Of a DNA stretch of 64,000 nt, positions 34,957 to 45,036 are shown in pieces. The stretch spans positions 1-64,000 of IMG/VR virus record IMGVR_UViG_3300009370_000007. One strand, given 5' to 3'. Each line of letters begins with the position of its first letter. The first letter of the stretch is position 1. The notes beneath the pieces were generated by a model, which was given only the letters and a program-made list of their open reading frames with translations, had not been told where the DNA came from and made no database searches. The stretch is from a virus. A program made the position numbers and the translations under genes.

Positions 34957-36679
34957 GGCCATTTCCTTCTTCTGAAACAACTTCTTCAAAAATTTCTTCA
35001 ACATCATCTGCATCTTCTAAGACTGAAGAATCATTATAGAGGTTAAGAACTTTAGCTGATTGACCATGAATTTTTTCTGCTGCAATGGGCTGATCGGGTT
35101 TCGGTGCTGCTGAAGGTCCTGGTGGTGGTGGTGGTGCTGCTGCCGGGGGTGGGGGGGCTTGTTGCATAGGCATTTCTTCTGGATCTATTCCAACACCATC
35201 TTCTTCTCCTTCTTTTTCTTCCTTTTTAATTTGTGCAGCAATGACTTCAATGTCTTCATCAGTCTGACCAAGAATATTTTTTCGTACCCATTCATTTGAA
35301 TAGTATTTTCCAATATACTCATCCATCGTTTGAACAATTTCAAGTTTTTCGCGCATCATTTCAGTTAGTTTTAATTCAGAGAAATGAGAATCATTAATGA
35401 AATTATATTGAATATCATCCTTGATTAAAATCCAGTCTTCTTCTGTCAAGACTCCCCTTAACCGAAGTTGAGTTTTTAGAAGATTATCAAAAAGAAGAGA
35501 GAACCTCTTTCGCAGTCTAGAGATAAACTTAGAAAACTTGACTTCATCCCGAGTAATTTCTGTTGCCCGTCCTAGACTGAAAGTTCCTTCTGGCTCCATT
35601 CGAGATATTGGAATACCAAGAGCCTTATATAATTTCTTTTGAAAGTAGATGATGTCTTCAATCTCTCCAAGATTAGTTCCACCGGGAAGAGTTGTGATCT
35701 CTGTTCCTCGTCCACCTTCACGTCGAGGTAGCCAATAGTCTTCAAGCATGGACATGAACTTTCGATCATCCCGAACTTCGCCAGTTTGTGCATCATATAC
35801 AATCTTGTTCTTGTACTGATTCATAATACCCTTGAGGTATTGTTCTGCCTTCATCTTGGGAAGATTGCCAACATCAATATAAAAGATTCTTCGTTCAGGT
35901 GCCCGGGAAATTCGATAGATGACTGTTGCGTCCTCTAACATACGAAGTTGATTGAGTGGCTTGATTGCCTTATGAAGATGAGAAAGAATTAAAGTTTTAT
36001 TTGAATTTAAAATTCCAGAATGAACATAACAAATCGAATCCTTTGCAATCTTAAGGCCCTGTCCACCTCCCTTTATGCCTGCCGGATTAAACATGAAATA
36101 TTCAATAGAAGAGGGGGCAGTAATTGTTTTGGCTGTTTGGTTAGAAATATCCTTTACTTCACGAATCTTTTTAATCTGTCTTGGATCTATTGGTCGAAGT
36201 TCATATATACCATTTTTGGGTTTTGTAGTATCAATCATAATATGATAATATAACCTTCCATCTACATACCATCGACGGAAAATATCATAGGCATAATCAT
36301 TGAAATCTAAAAGTTTAATGACCTCTTCAAATTCATCTCTTATTTTAGTTTTAATAGATTCTTTCACGTCAACACGATCTAGTACAATAGAAACTGGTGG
36401 CTTTCCACGATCATTCATAATAATTGCTTCATTGACAATATCATCAACGGCAAGTTCCGCTTCTGGGTACAATGCCATTTCTCGATATTTTGAAATCAAC
36501 TCTATTTCGTTTTTAATGTTTCCATCTAAATCATAATACTGACCATATGCGGCAGCCGATTGAGCAATCGTTGCTGCGGCATCATCGTTATCGGGTAATG
36601 TAAATGATTGAACTGCCGGAGGAGTTTCTTCTACTACTTCATCTCGGCCTATTGTAAAGCCAAATAATTTAATTGCCAT
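34934..36679 (-). CDS. 20: Portal vertex protein with a Pro-rich/acidic C-terminal tail
   Basis: [70 protein letters not shown]. Confidence 0.98.
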   Translation of the reverse strand: MAIKLFGFTIGRDEVVEETPPAVQSFTLPDNDDAAATIAQSAAAYGQYYDLDGNIKNEIELISKYREMALYPEAELAVDDIVNEAIIMNDRGKPPVSIVLDRVDVKESIKTKIRDEFEEVIKLLDFNDYAYDIFRRWYVDGRLYYHIMIDTTKPKNGIYELRPIDPRQIKKIREVKDISNQTAKTITAPSSIEYFMFNPAGIKGGGQGLKIAKDSICYVHSGILNSNKTLILSHLHKAIKPLNQLRMLEDATVIYRISRAPERRIFYIDVGNLPKMKAEQYLKGIMNQYKNKIVYDAQTGEVRDDRKFMSMLEDYWLPRREGGRGTEITTLPGGTNLGEIEDIIYFQKKLYKALGIPISRMEPEGTFSLGRATEITRDEVKFSKFISRLRKRFSLLFDNLLKTQLRLRGVLTEEDWILIKDDIQYNFINDSHFSELKLTEMMREKLEIVQTMDEYIGKYYSNEWVRKNILGQTDEDIEVIAAQIKKEEKEGEEDGVGIDPEEMPMQQAPPPPAAAPPPPPGPSAAPKPDQPIAAEKIHGQSAKVLNLYNDSSVLEDADDVEEIFEEVVSEEGNGHEREQES

Positions 36680-36728
36680 TTTTAATTTTCCTCATACGAA
36701 CGAATTAATATTGCGTTCAAGTGAATTT

Positions 36729-36767
36729 AAAAAAAAGGAGCCCATACTATAATATATAGGCTCCCTC
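36729..36767 (-). terminator. Probable terminator after gp19
   Basis: GGAGCC...GGCTCC stem followed by a T-run. Confidence 0.6.
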
Positions 36768-36817
36768 TTATTACACTTTTTTATAATAATATAATAATCA
36801 ATCCAACAAATATAGAA

Positions 36818-37366
36818 CTAGTGAGTTTGAAGGTCAGCATCTTCAATTGCCCAATAATCATACATCCAAGTTACTGCAAACTCTTCTAGAACATCATTGG
36901 TATCCCAACCAAGATCAATTGGTGTTAATGACGAAGGCCAGAGATTGATAAAGTTAACCTTTTTAATGATTTCTCCAGTTTTTCCGTAATGATTTACTTG
37001 GGCATCAACTTGATAGTCCGTGGTAGATTCTACGCCACGGGCATTGTTAGAGTGTTGATTGATTAAATCCATCCAGCCTGTGATTGCAGAATGAACTCTG
37101 AAGTCTTCATCATTAATTACTGTAGTTGACCATTCGGCAAAGGTTCTATTTCCTGCATACTTAATCATTCGACCGAAATAAGGAACTTCTACTGTTCCAA
37201 TATCTCCGCCAGGGATTTGTGCAGCCTTACACATGAAAGTCATTTTTTGTGATGCTGTTGAATTATCAACAACCCCACTAGGAAATGGAACAACGACCTC
37301 AAATAGATTGGGTCGGGCTCCACCACCAGTTAGGTTTGATCTAAAATCTTGAACTGAAAAAGGCAT
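36818..37366 (-). CDS. 19: Tail tube protein
   Basis: GGARPNLFEV, CKAAQIPG, GR.IKYAGNRTFAEW..TVINDEDF, EEF.VTW.YDYW. Confidence 0.97.
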   Translation of the reverse strand: MPFSVQDFRSNLTGGGARPNLFEVVVPFPSGVVDNSTASQKMTFMCKAAQIPGGDIGTVEVPYFGRMIKYAGNRTFAEWSTTVINDEDFRVHSAITGWMDLINQHSNNARGVESTTDYQVDAQVNHYGKTGEIIKKVNFINLWPSSLTPIDLGWDTNDVLEEFAVTWMYDYWAIEDADLQTH

Positions 37367-37398
37367 TATTGATTCTCCTTATATTTCTAATATATTTA

Positions 37399-39339
37399 TT
37401 AGAATTGCCCAACTATTTCTGCAAAATCAACTCCAGTTCTCACCGCAACAAAATTTAATTGAATGAAATTGATTGATCGGTTAGGCTTGATGTAGATGTC
37501 CCCAACAAACTCGTTTCGATCAATTACCCCCGGAGTATTGTTTGTTTCGTCACAAACAACCCGGAAATCCGTCACGCCCCTTCGTCCTTGAATATCCCGA
37601 AGGAATGGCTCTACCATGTTTCGGAATTGAGCCCGAGTAAACTCGTCGTTGAATTCAAAGAGTGAGAATTTAGAAGCAGTTGAGATTGCCTTTTCTAGAA
37701 CAATGAACAGCCTTCGTACATTGATTCGATCAAATGCACTTGGCTTGCTCTGTAGTGTCTTATCACCAAATAGAACTGTTCCTTGACCGGGGAAGGTCAC
37801 AACCGGATTAATTCCCTTACGATAGAGATCGTCTCGATGTGCCTTCTTTGGATTCCATGCGAGGCGAACAACATTCTTTAGTTGTCCTCGATTAAATCCA
37901 GCAGGACTCCACCATGCATCCCTCTGATAATCTGTTCTTGCACAAAGACCAGCAATATCAGCATTTAGAGGAACCCAACGATACATATTGTTATACCGAT
38001 CAAACTGATACTTCCAGCCACTATCCATTGTTGCATAGGAACTGTCAACATGACCGGCGCGATGCGCCAGAACTTCTGTCAATACCAACGAATCAGTAGC
38101 CCGTCCTTGAACATCAGCCTTGTCCGGTGAAATAAATGCGAGACAGTCCTTACGTTTTTCTGCAACACTTTGAATCACATATTTCTGATCGGTTACGTCT
38201 AGTTCTCCAGCAATAAGCATTGAAACGTCTACTTCATCAGCATCTATAAATTTTGCATAGGCGGATTGCCATTCTGCTGAAGACGTTGCGCTCGCAGTTC
38301 CATCATTTCCACCAACAAGTGAATATGCCAATGGAACATGATGAGTTTCAAATGGAGTTCCGTTTGCAATTAATTCCCTTGCATCCAAGCCCCAAGTAGT
38401 AGTTGCCCGAGGATCTTTCCCTGCATAGCTAACGCCATATCCTGTACCAACATTTGCAACTCCAAGTGTGGGCGTTGGCATGGTTCCATTATTTGCCAAT
38501 GTAATATTATCTTGATAAACCTGACCGGCAGAATTTACCCAAATATATGGAGATGTGGCATTAATTTCGTCTCTCCAATAGCTTCCACTACCATCCTCAT
38601 GTTGTCCTTGAATAGACTTTGAAAGATATTGATATTTCTCAAGAATTGTATTCTTGGTTCCTGTGATGAGCCCATCTTCGTCAATAACAAGAACATGAAG
38701 TTCATCTTTCACTCCGTCACTAGTACCATCAACGTGTCCAAAACTATTGGCCCAAGAAGAAGTACCGGGAGGTCCATCAAATATGCTATTGGCGTGAATA
38801 CCAGTAGCTCCAACGCCACCATCGGCTCCCTGTCCCGTGTATGTATCAATTCCTCCCTCGGATGTCTTACTTGCATCTGTATTAAATGCCTCGTTGCTGT
38901 CGAAGACAATAACCTTAAGAGAATTTCCTAGTGCCCCAGGAAATTTTGCAATAAAAGTACCAGAACCAGCCGTTACACCATCATCATAATCTCTTCGAGT
39001 TTTAACTTGAACTCGCTTTAATTTTTGATCTCCATGAAAAGTTGAATTGATAGCGTTAGAAGATGCATTATATGATCCTGCCAAATTGGTACGAACTGCC
39101 TTTAGGTGATTTGCATATTGAAGGAAGTTTGCTGCGGATAGCCATTGAACTGCCGTATTACTATTTGGCTTTCCGAAAATGCTTTCCAATTCATCTTCAC
39201 TAGTAATAGTGGTAATTTCTTCTACCGGACCCCAAACAGCAGGCAGAGCAATACCCGCAACACTAGTAGATACTGCGGGAACTATTGTAGTCAAATCAAC
39301 TTCTGATACATTAACTCCCGGTGATACTTGAAATGCCAT
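37399..39339 (-). CDS. 18: Tail sheath protein
   Basis: SPGVNVSEVDLT, WGPVEE, WWSPAGFNRG, FDRINVRRLF, IYIKP.RSINFIQLNFVA. Confidence 0.98.
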   Translation of the reverse strand: MAFQVSPGVNVSEVDLTTIVPAVSTSVAGIALPAVWGPVEEITTITSEDELESIFGKPNSNTAVQWLSAANFLQYANHLKAVRTNLAGSYNASSNAINSTFHGDQKLKRVQVKTRRDYDDGVTAGSGTFIAKFPGALGNSLKVIVFDSNEAFNTDASKTSEGGIDTYTGQGADGGVGATGIHANSIFDGPPGTSSWANSFGHVDGTSDGVKDELHVLVIDEDGLITGTKNTILEKYQYLSKSIQGQHEDGSGSYWRDEINATSPYIWVNSAGQVYQDNITLANNGTMPTPTLGVANVGTGYGVSYAGKDPRATTTWGLDARELIANGTPFETHHVPLAYSLVGGNDGTASATSSAEWQSAYAKFIDADEVDVSMLIAGELDVTDQKYVIQSVAEKRKDCLAFISPDKADVQGRATDSLVLTEVLAHRAGHVDSSYATMDSGWKYQFDRYNNMYRWVPLNADIAGLCARTDYQRDAWWSPAGFNRGQLKNVVRLAWNPKKAHRDDLYRKGINPVVTFPGQGTVLFGDKTLQSKPSAFDRINVRRLFIVLEKAISTASKFSLFEFNDEFTRAQFRNMVEPFLRDIQGRRGVTDFRVVCDETNNTPGVIDRNEFVGDIYIKPNRSINFIQLNFVAVRTGVDFAEIVGQF

Positions 39340-39396
39340 TAGTTTTCTCCTCGTTATTCCATAGTTTACTAAAACATAAACCCATGATCCTAACGA

Positions 39397-39404
39397 TATT
39401 TATA
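39397..39404 (-). promoter_or_regulatory. T4-type late promoter TATAAATA
   Basis: Exact consensus upstream of gp18, within the palindrome TATTTATAAATA. Confidence 0.8.
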
Positions 39405-39416
39405 AATAACTAAATT

Positions 39417-41051
39417 TTAGACTCTAAAGATAGGATCGACCACAGACCACGAAGTCCCATCTTCGTCAGTCCAGTCGGAGGCATCATCTACTCCGTCGTC
39501 AATGAATCCAAATGGAAGAATTTCGTCTTCCATTAATTTCATCTTTTCATCATACATCATTCTTCGGACATCAAGATTTGTGGTATCCTTGAAATATTGT
39601 TGAGTTGTGAGCCATGCAAACAATACCAAGGTCATGGCGAGGTCATCAAAACATCCTGCTTCGGCCTGGTAAGATTGTCCTTGGGCAATAAAAGAAGTCA
39701 ATTCAGAAATTGTATCAAAATCATATATCAATAATTTATCTTCCTCAATCAAAGTTTTTAGATTGCTGCATCCAATTTGTTTTACTTTTTTTGTGGTCTT
39801 AATTCCATATTGTGATTGTACAGAAAATCCTCCGGTTAACATTTGACCGGCTCTTCCCTTCACACTAACCTTTAAAAGATTTTCATATTCAAAATCATGA
39901 TGAATAATATCAGCTACCTGTTGACCAATATCATTAATTTCAATAAAAACAAAGGCCTCATTATATTTTTTGGCAACATTATGAATTACTGTTGGATACA
40001 TTAATGGGGAAATTTTACTGTTCTTATATTTGGCAACCTGTTTATAGGGAACCTCAGAGGCATCAATCACAGAGAATGCAGAATAGTCCATGCCTTCCCC
40101 ATGAGAAACATCCACTATAATTACATAGGATCTTCCGGGTTCTGGCATTTCATAAATGTCCAAGAAGTTTTGACTCGACAAAGGAACCTTAAAGGGCATT
40201 GCTTTTAATTTATTGGCAGCAATTAATGTATTGACTGATCCAATAAAATCACACTCAAATTCCTGTGCAAATTGTTCTTCACTCGTATTCGATATGGTTT
40301 CAAGTTTCCATTTTAAATCTCTGCCCGGTACTTCGTTCCATGCAACTTCGATTGGTACATAGTGGCTTCTTTTTTCTACTGCATCTGTCCACATCTTATA
40401 GAAATGATTCATTCCATGAGGGGTACTGACAATAATAACCTTGGTGGACTTACCAGAAGAAATCGTAGGATAGACTGAACTAAAGAATTCGTCTGCAATG
40501 TGCTTGGGAACGAATGCAAATTCGTCCAGCATGATGATGTTATATGTTCCACCACGAACTGCACTAGAGGATGTTGATGCAGCCACAATTTTAGATCCAT
40601 TTTCTAAATGAATATCTCCTCGATTCCAAATTTTAACCCCTTGCTGTAAAAAGATGGGAAGATTTTCATAGGCAAGTTGAAGTCTGCCCAGAATTTCCCG
40701 AGCGAGAGAGCCCTTATTTGCAAGAATGGCAATATTAACATCTTGATTGAATAAAATATACCAAAGAAAATATGAAATAACCATTGTGGTCTTCCCACTC
40801 TGGCGTGGAAGTTTTGCAATTGAGAAGCGATTCTTGTGGAATGTCTTGACCATCTTTTTTTGAAAGCCATACATCTTAAGGGGAACCAACCCCTTGTCCA
40901 CATTGACAATCTTCATATAATTTTCAATAAAATAAACCGGATTTTTAGAACATTTAACGTACTCTTGTAGTTCTTCTTCAGTCCATTCAGAAGTAACTCC
41001 GACGGCCTTTAGCAATGGATTGCCCATATACCGATCTGTCATTGTTGCCAT
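39417..41051 (-). CDS. 17: Terminase large subunit
   Basis: YMGNPLLK, PRQSGKTT, LDEFAFV, STPHGMNHFY, QEFEC, DVSHG.G.DYS, DDLAM. Confidence 0.98.
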   Translation of the reverse strand: MATMTDRYMGNPLLKAVGVTSEWTEEELQEYVKCSKNPVYFIENYMKIVNVDKGLVPLKMYGFQKKMVKTFHKNRFSIAKLPRQSGKTTMVISYFLWYILFNQDVNIAILANKGSLAREILGRLQLAYENLPIFLQQGVKIWNRGDIHLENGSKIVAASTSSSAVRGGTYNIIMLDEFAFVPKHIADEFFSSVYPTISSGKSTKVIIVSTPHGMNHFYKMWTDAVEKRSHYVPIEVAWNEVPGRDLKWKLETISNTSEEQFAQEFECDFIGSVNTLIAANKLKAMPFKVPLSSQNFLDIYEMPEPGRSYVIIVDVSHGEGMDYSAFSVIDASEVPYKQVAKYKNSKISPLMYPTVIHNVAKKYNEAFVFIEINDIGQQVADIIHHDFEYENLLKVSVKGRAGQMLTGGFSVQSQYGIKTTKKVKQIGCSNLKTLIEEDKLLIYDFDTISELTSFIAQGQSYQAEAGCFDDLAMTLVLFAWLTTQQYFKDTTNLDVRRMMYDEKMKLMEDEILPFGFIDDGVDDASDWTDEDGTSWSVVDPIFRV

Positions 41052-41405
41052 TTATTTTTTGCCATCCTTTAATAGCTTTTGAAGATCAAGCGTACTCCCT
41101 ACGAACAATGCATTGGTTACAGACTTAGGGCCTTCCTTTTCCTTTAGGGTCTTCATCTTCTTCTGTAGTTCAATTAAATCATTATTGGTATCAGAAACCG
41201 TTTTGATGATCTGTCCCACGACTTCATATGCCCGGGGATGATCGCTTTCCTTAGCTAATTCTAGAATCCCGTCCAGAGCTTCGGTTCCTTTATCAATAAG
41301 TGATTTTAAATTGTCTCTTGTGTATTCGTAATCTGAATCTATGTCTTCTTCGCGATTTGTTGCCGGAAGAACAGCATCCAGCACTTCAAGTTCTTTGCTT
41401 TTCAT
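41052..41405 (-). CDS. 16: Terminase small subunit
   Basis: DYEYTR.NL, LA.ESDHPRAYEV, NALFVGST.DLQK. Confidence 0.95.
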   Translation of the reverse strand: MKSKELEVLDAVLPATNREEDIDSDYEYTRDNLKSLIDKGTEALDGILELAKESDHPRAYEVVGQIIKTVSDTNNDLIELQKKMKTLKEKEGPKSVTNALFVGSTLDLQKLLKDGKK

Positions 41406-41420
41406 AAAATAAACCTTTTA

Positions 41421-42332
41421 TTATACGACTACCGTATTTGCAATCATAATGGTTAAATCTGTTGCAATTCCAAATGGATCATTTGCATCAATCTTATCTA
41501 TGCCTACAGAATTTGCAGTATTTGTGGTTGCTGTCTTTGTTCCATCAATTGCAACATTCATTGCCGGTCTGGTTGTTATAACAGACATAGTAGCATTGGA
41601 AGTAGATTGATAAGTGGTTCTGGTATTACTCACAGAACCATTGCTCGCAATAACTTCCGATATTGTATTTCCACTAACAGGTCGAAGATTTATAATAGCT
41701 TTCTTGATAACCTTGGCATCTGCAACAGAACCATAAAGCATTCCCTTAAGAATAAAATCAAGTGTCCATGTAATAATTCTTCGGTCATCAAATCCCCCTT
41801 CAAAATTATCTTCCAACGTAACTGCGGATAAAATAATTGGAACATCGACTTTTATTCCAAGGTCGGTTGCTCCCTTTAATGTAACTGTAAATTCAGGAGT
41901 AAAATAAGGAAGAATTTGCTCAATAATATTTGTGCCATCTTCAATATTTTTAATATAGATGTTCAAACTAAATCCAACATCATAGGGCACCGGAGCATAG
42001 GTTCCTGTTACATAACTATTGCCCGTTGTCGTAGTAATTCTTTTTACTGTTCGATTTACTGTATTTAATTTTCTCTCAGCAGAATATGTCACCGAAGTCA
42101 TTTCAAATGACATTCGGGGCAATGTAATTTGAGATCGACGATCCAAATTTAAATCATGATTAATTCTTTGAATAAATCGTTGTTTTGGTGCATAGGTTAA
42201 TGGAACTGCGATGAGCTGTGTTTCTGTCGCACTTTCGCCGGGGCGCTTAATTCTAATGTTATTGAATAGTGTGCCAAAGGCAGTAACATAATCCCTAATT
42301 AAACCATGTGAAGTTGAATTTGCTGCCAACAT
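41421..42332 (-). CDS. 15: Tail sheath stabilizer / completion protein
   Basis: FGTLFNNI, VPL.YAPKQ, LPRMSFE, PVPYD, IEQILPYF.P. Confidence 0.95.
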   Translation of the reverse strand: MLAANSTSHGLIRDYVTAFGTLFNNIRIKRPGESATETQLIAVPLTYAPKQRFIQRINHDLNLDRRSQITLPRMSFEMTSVTYSAERKLNTVNRTVKRITTTTGNSYVTGTYAPVPYDVGFSLNIYIKNIEDGTNIIEQILPYFTPEFTVTLKGATDLGIKVDVPIILSAVTLEDNFEGGFDDRRIITWTLDFILKGMLYGSVADAKVIKKAIINLRPVSGNTISEVIASNGSVSNTRTTYQSTSNATMSVITTRPAMNVAIDGTKTATTNTANSVGIDKIDANDPFGIATDLTIMIANTVVV

Positions 42333-42976
42333 TAGAATGAACCAAATGGATTGGACTCATCAAAATCTAAAATAGAATCTGCTTCGTCTTCAATCTTCTT
42401 ATTATCTGAAATTGCATTATCCGGCATTGAAGTTTCATCGTCTGCTGTTACTACATTAGAAAACTCATTCTCTAACTTGTCTATATCATCAATTCCAGTA
42501 TCAATCGCTTCGCTGCTATATCGGAAGAGTTCGCAACGAAGGTCATATACAGGAAGTTCGCCGACTTGATAAAATATAGATTCATGTTCAACGTGTAAAA
42601 TTTCAAATAATTTTTTGTTTAATGGCATATAGATTAAATCGCCTTCGCGGGGCCTGGGGTATCCAGACCCAAGCTCTTCAAATCTTCGCTGTGCCATTGT
42701 TAATGTAACTTGATCGCGAATCTCTAATCCAAATCGAGAAATAAAATCGCCTTCGCCTTCAAATCCTTCTATATTTTTAATATAAAGCTCAATGTTATAA
42801 GTAACATCAAATTTAGAAAGAGTGTCTTCTCCGAAAATTTGATCTTCGTTGACAGACTTTCGAGGAATCCAATGCATATCCTGTCCATAAAATTTAATAG
42901 ATTCAATAATTAAATCTTCAAGAAGTCTTTTTTCTGGACTGCTTTCAAAATTGTTAACGTAAACATTAGTGGGCAT
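42332..42976 (-). CDS. 14: Neck protein
   Basis: ESIKFYG, FGED..SKF, GFEGEGD..S.FG, P.EGDLIY.P, DF.E.NPFG. Confidence 0.95.
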   Translation of the reverse strand: MPTNVYVNNFESSPEKRLLEDLIIESIKFYGQDMHWIPRKSVNEDQIFGEDTLSKFDVTYNIELYIKNIEGFEGEGDFISRFGLEIRDQVTLTMAQRRFEELGSGYPRPREGDLIYMPLNKKLFEILHVEHESIFYQVGELPVYDLRCELFRYSSEAIDTGIDDIDKLENEFSNVVTADDETSMPDNAISDNKKIEDEADSILDFDESNPFGSF

Positions 42977-42979
42977 TAT

Positions 42980-43750
42980 TTACCCCGTATAAAAATCAAT
43001 TGGAAGTTCATATTGTAGTGATGCAGTTTCTTTGAGTCGTTCTATTTCTGCTCTTGCATCTTCTAATACTGCCCTTCCGTTTAATGTTACTCCACCAGGA
43101 AGTTGAACTCCTTCAAACTTTGAAAGATTCATTCCCCATTGTTCTTTAAACAATGCAGTACAATAATCTCGTAGAAGTCGGTCCTGCCAAACTTCCGCAT
43201 AAGCGCCTGGATCTACAGCGCGATAGGCATCTAATACGACGTATTGATCTTTATTAATATCCTTGCTCCAATTCCAATCAATAAACAATTTATCTGTTCT
43301 TCGATTAAATCGAATGGTAGGCTCTCGATCAATCATATCTTGAATCATTTCAAGATTGCTCATTCTCATCCAATAATATTGCATTTCTGCTGTGGCCATC
43401 GAACCAAAAGTTCCAGTAACATCATTAAGTCTCATTTGATATTGAACATCAAAAATACTTGAATCGCTTTCAGCTCTGGCAATTTTAGTTATTCCTAAAA
43501 TTGTATCTGTAGTTCCTGCGAGCGACCCTTCTGTAACAGTAAGAAACTTATTGTCTAAATCTGTTTGAGTAATTTGATGAGAATAAAATACCCGTTCAAC
43601 GCCATCAAAATTAAACTCCTGAAAAAACTCAACGGCATCATCAATGCGATCTTCTAATTGATCGTCATCAACATTAATATCAACAACTGGCTTCCCGAGG
43701 CGTCGTAGACAATATTCTTTAAATTCTGCTCTTGTTGAAGGTTGTGCCAT
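42980..43750 (-). CDS. 13: Neck protein
   Basis: YCLRRLG.PV..INV..DQ..DRID, QWG.NL.KF.GVQLPGGVTLNG. Confidence 0.96.
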   Translation of the reverse strand: MAQPSTRAEFKEYCLRRLGKPVVDINVDDDQLEDRIDDAVEFFQEFNFDGVERVFYSHQITQTDLDNKFLTVTEGSLAGTTDTILGITKIARAESDSSIFDVQYQMRLNDVTGTFGSMATAEMQYYWMRMSNLEMIQDMIDREPTIRFNRRTDKLFIDWNWSKDINKDQYVVLDAYRAVDPGAYAEVWQDRLLRDYCTALFKEQWGMNLSKFEGVQLPGGVTLNGRAVLEDARAEIERLKETASLQYELPIDFYTG

Positions 43751-43754
43751 AGTC

Positions 43755-44111
43755 TTATACCTTTGTTACTTCTGGAGAAACGGTTAAAATTCCTTCTCGA
43801 ATCCTTGTAATTTTAGGAGGAGTGTCATTAGACACAATTTCAACATCATATACATATCTACCTTCGGTTATTGCTGAAGTGACTACATTATTCATTGAAA
43901 GTCCAACAATTCCACTCGTATTAGAAACCCAAACATTAACAGATAAATTTGCAGTATGAGTAGTAGAAGAATATGATTTTCTTATTTGACCATATCCTGC
44001 TGTATAACCAGACATATTCAATACTGTTGTTGTTGAAGCATTTGCATAGGCAACCACGTTCGCACTAAAATCTGTCCCCTGATCTATTAATAAATTGAGT
44101 TGTTTTGCCAT
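43755..44111 (-). CDS. Virion structural protein (NL.IDQG.DF family)
   Basis: NLLIDQGTDF, QIRKSYSS, GRYVYDVEI, R..EG..TV.P.VT, as seen next to gp13 in marine T4-like phages. Confidence 0.75.
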   Translation of the reverse strand: MAKQLNLLIDQGTDFSANVVAYANASTTTVLNMSGYTAGYGQIRKSYSSTTHTANLSVNVWVSNTSGIVGLSMNNVVTSAITEGRYVYDVEIVSNDTPPKITRIREGILTVSPEVTKV

Positions 44112-44145
44112 GAGTTTAGCTATTCCCCGAAAGTAATGTCTATAC

Positions 44146-44153
44146 TATTTATA
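44146..44153 (-). promoter_or_regulatory. T4-type late promoter TATAAATA
   Basis: Exact consensus upstream of the neck/terminase operon. Confidence 0.8.
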
Positions 44154-44175
44154 AGGGTACAGTATTGAGGGAGTA

Positions 44176-44505
44176 TTATGAATTTTCAGTTGGATTATGA
44201 GAAGAGGTAAAGGGACTGGTATTCCCCCCCGGATGAAAGGTCGATAATGGAACTGCCTCCTTAACTTGTTTAACGTGCTGATACCATGTATTTGCAGTTT
44301 CAGTATCTGCCACAATTCTACCATCATTAATATCGTGCCAAAGTTTATCAAGCTGAACTCCAATAGAACCGTATAATGCTACTCTACTATTAATTTCTTG
44401 CTGTTTTGACACCCTATTTAATTGTTCGTCAGTAGTAGTAAATTTTCCAGGGATTCTTTTATGCGGAATAAGTGGATTTTTTATTTCTAATTTAAATTCT
44501 GCCAT
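44176..44505 (-). CDS. Tail-fibre-associated small protein (putative chaperone)
   Basis: R...Y.SIG.QLD.LWHDI..G......W..H...VK motif. Confidence 0.6.
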   Translation of the reverse strand: MAEFKLEIKNPLIPHKRIPGKFTTTDEQLNRVSKQQEINSRVALYGSIGVQLDKLWHDINDGRIVADTETANTWYQHVKQVKEAVPLSTFHPGGNTSPFTSSHNPTENS

Positions 44506-44520
44506 GTCATATTTTCCTTA

Positions 44521-45036
44521 TTATTGTGGATCGCTAATCATTTCGGTAACTAGCGGTGGAGGAGGCAATGTTGCAACTTGATATTGTGCCTTATGGTATC
44601 CATATTTTTGAAATCTAATTGTATAATTAGTTGTAGAAAACCCATTTACTGAAAATGCAAATGAAGTGTCTGTTGAGTTTGCTGTCCAGACAAATTGCTT
44701 ATCCACACTAACTGCTGTCCCAGGAGCAATTCCAGTAAATACTACTCTATCGTTTCCATCAGCAAATATTCCTTGCTTATCTTGAGCAATATCTTGATGT
44801 TGAATCTTATCAAATCCTATTGGTTGACCATTGGCTGTAACCACATATTGATTTAACAAAGCAGCCCTTCGGGCAACAATAAAAGCAATTCCCTTTTTTT
44901 GTAATTTTTCTATTTTTTCTGGAGTTGCATTATCAATTGAATATAAAATAAATCCAGTATTTCTATCATATACATAAATGTTGTCCATTGATACGTCTAC
45001 CTTTTCTCTTAATCGTGTAGTGGTTGACCCGTCCAA
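44521..45036 (-). CDS. Hypothetical tail-associated protein
   Basis: YVYDRNTG.I N-terminal motif and beta-rich C-terminus; the start may be at 44988 (MDNIYV). Confidence 0.55.
   Translation of the reverse strand: MDGSTTTRLREKVDVSMDNIYVYDRNTGFILYSIDNATPEKIEKLQKKGIAFIVARRAALLNQYVVTANGQPIGFDKIQHQDIAQDKQGIFADGNDRVVFTGIAPGTAVSVDKQFVWTANSTDTSFAFSVNGFSTTNYTIRFQKYGYHKAQYQVATLPPPPLVTEMISDPQ

Noticed and set aside
18351-41051. Introns, inteins or stop-codon recoding in core genes
   Set aside because: gp17, gp18, gp20, gp23, uvsW, gp46 and gp47 are uninterrupted and of normal length under the standard code.
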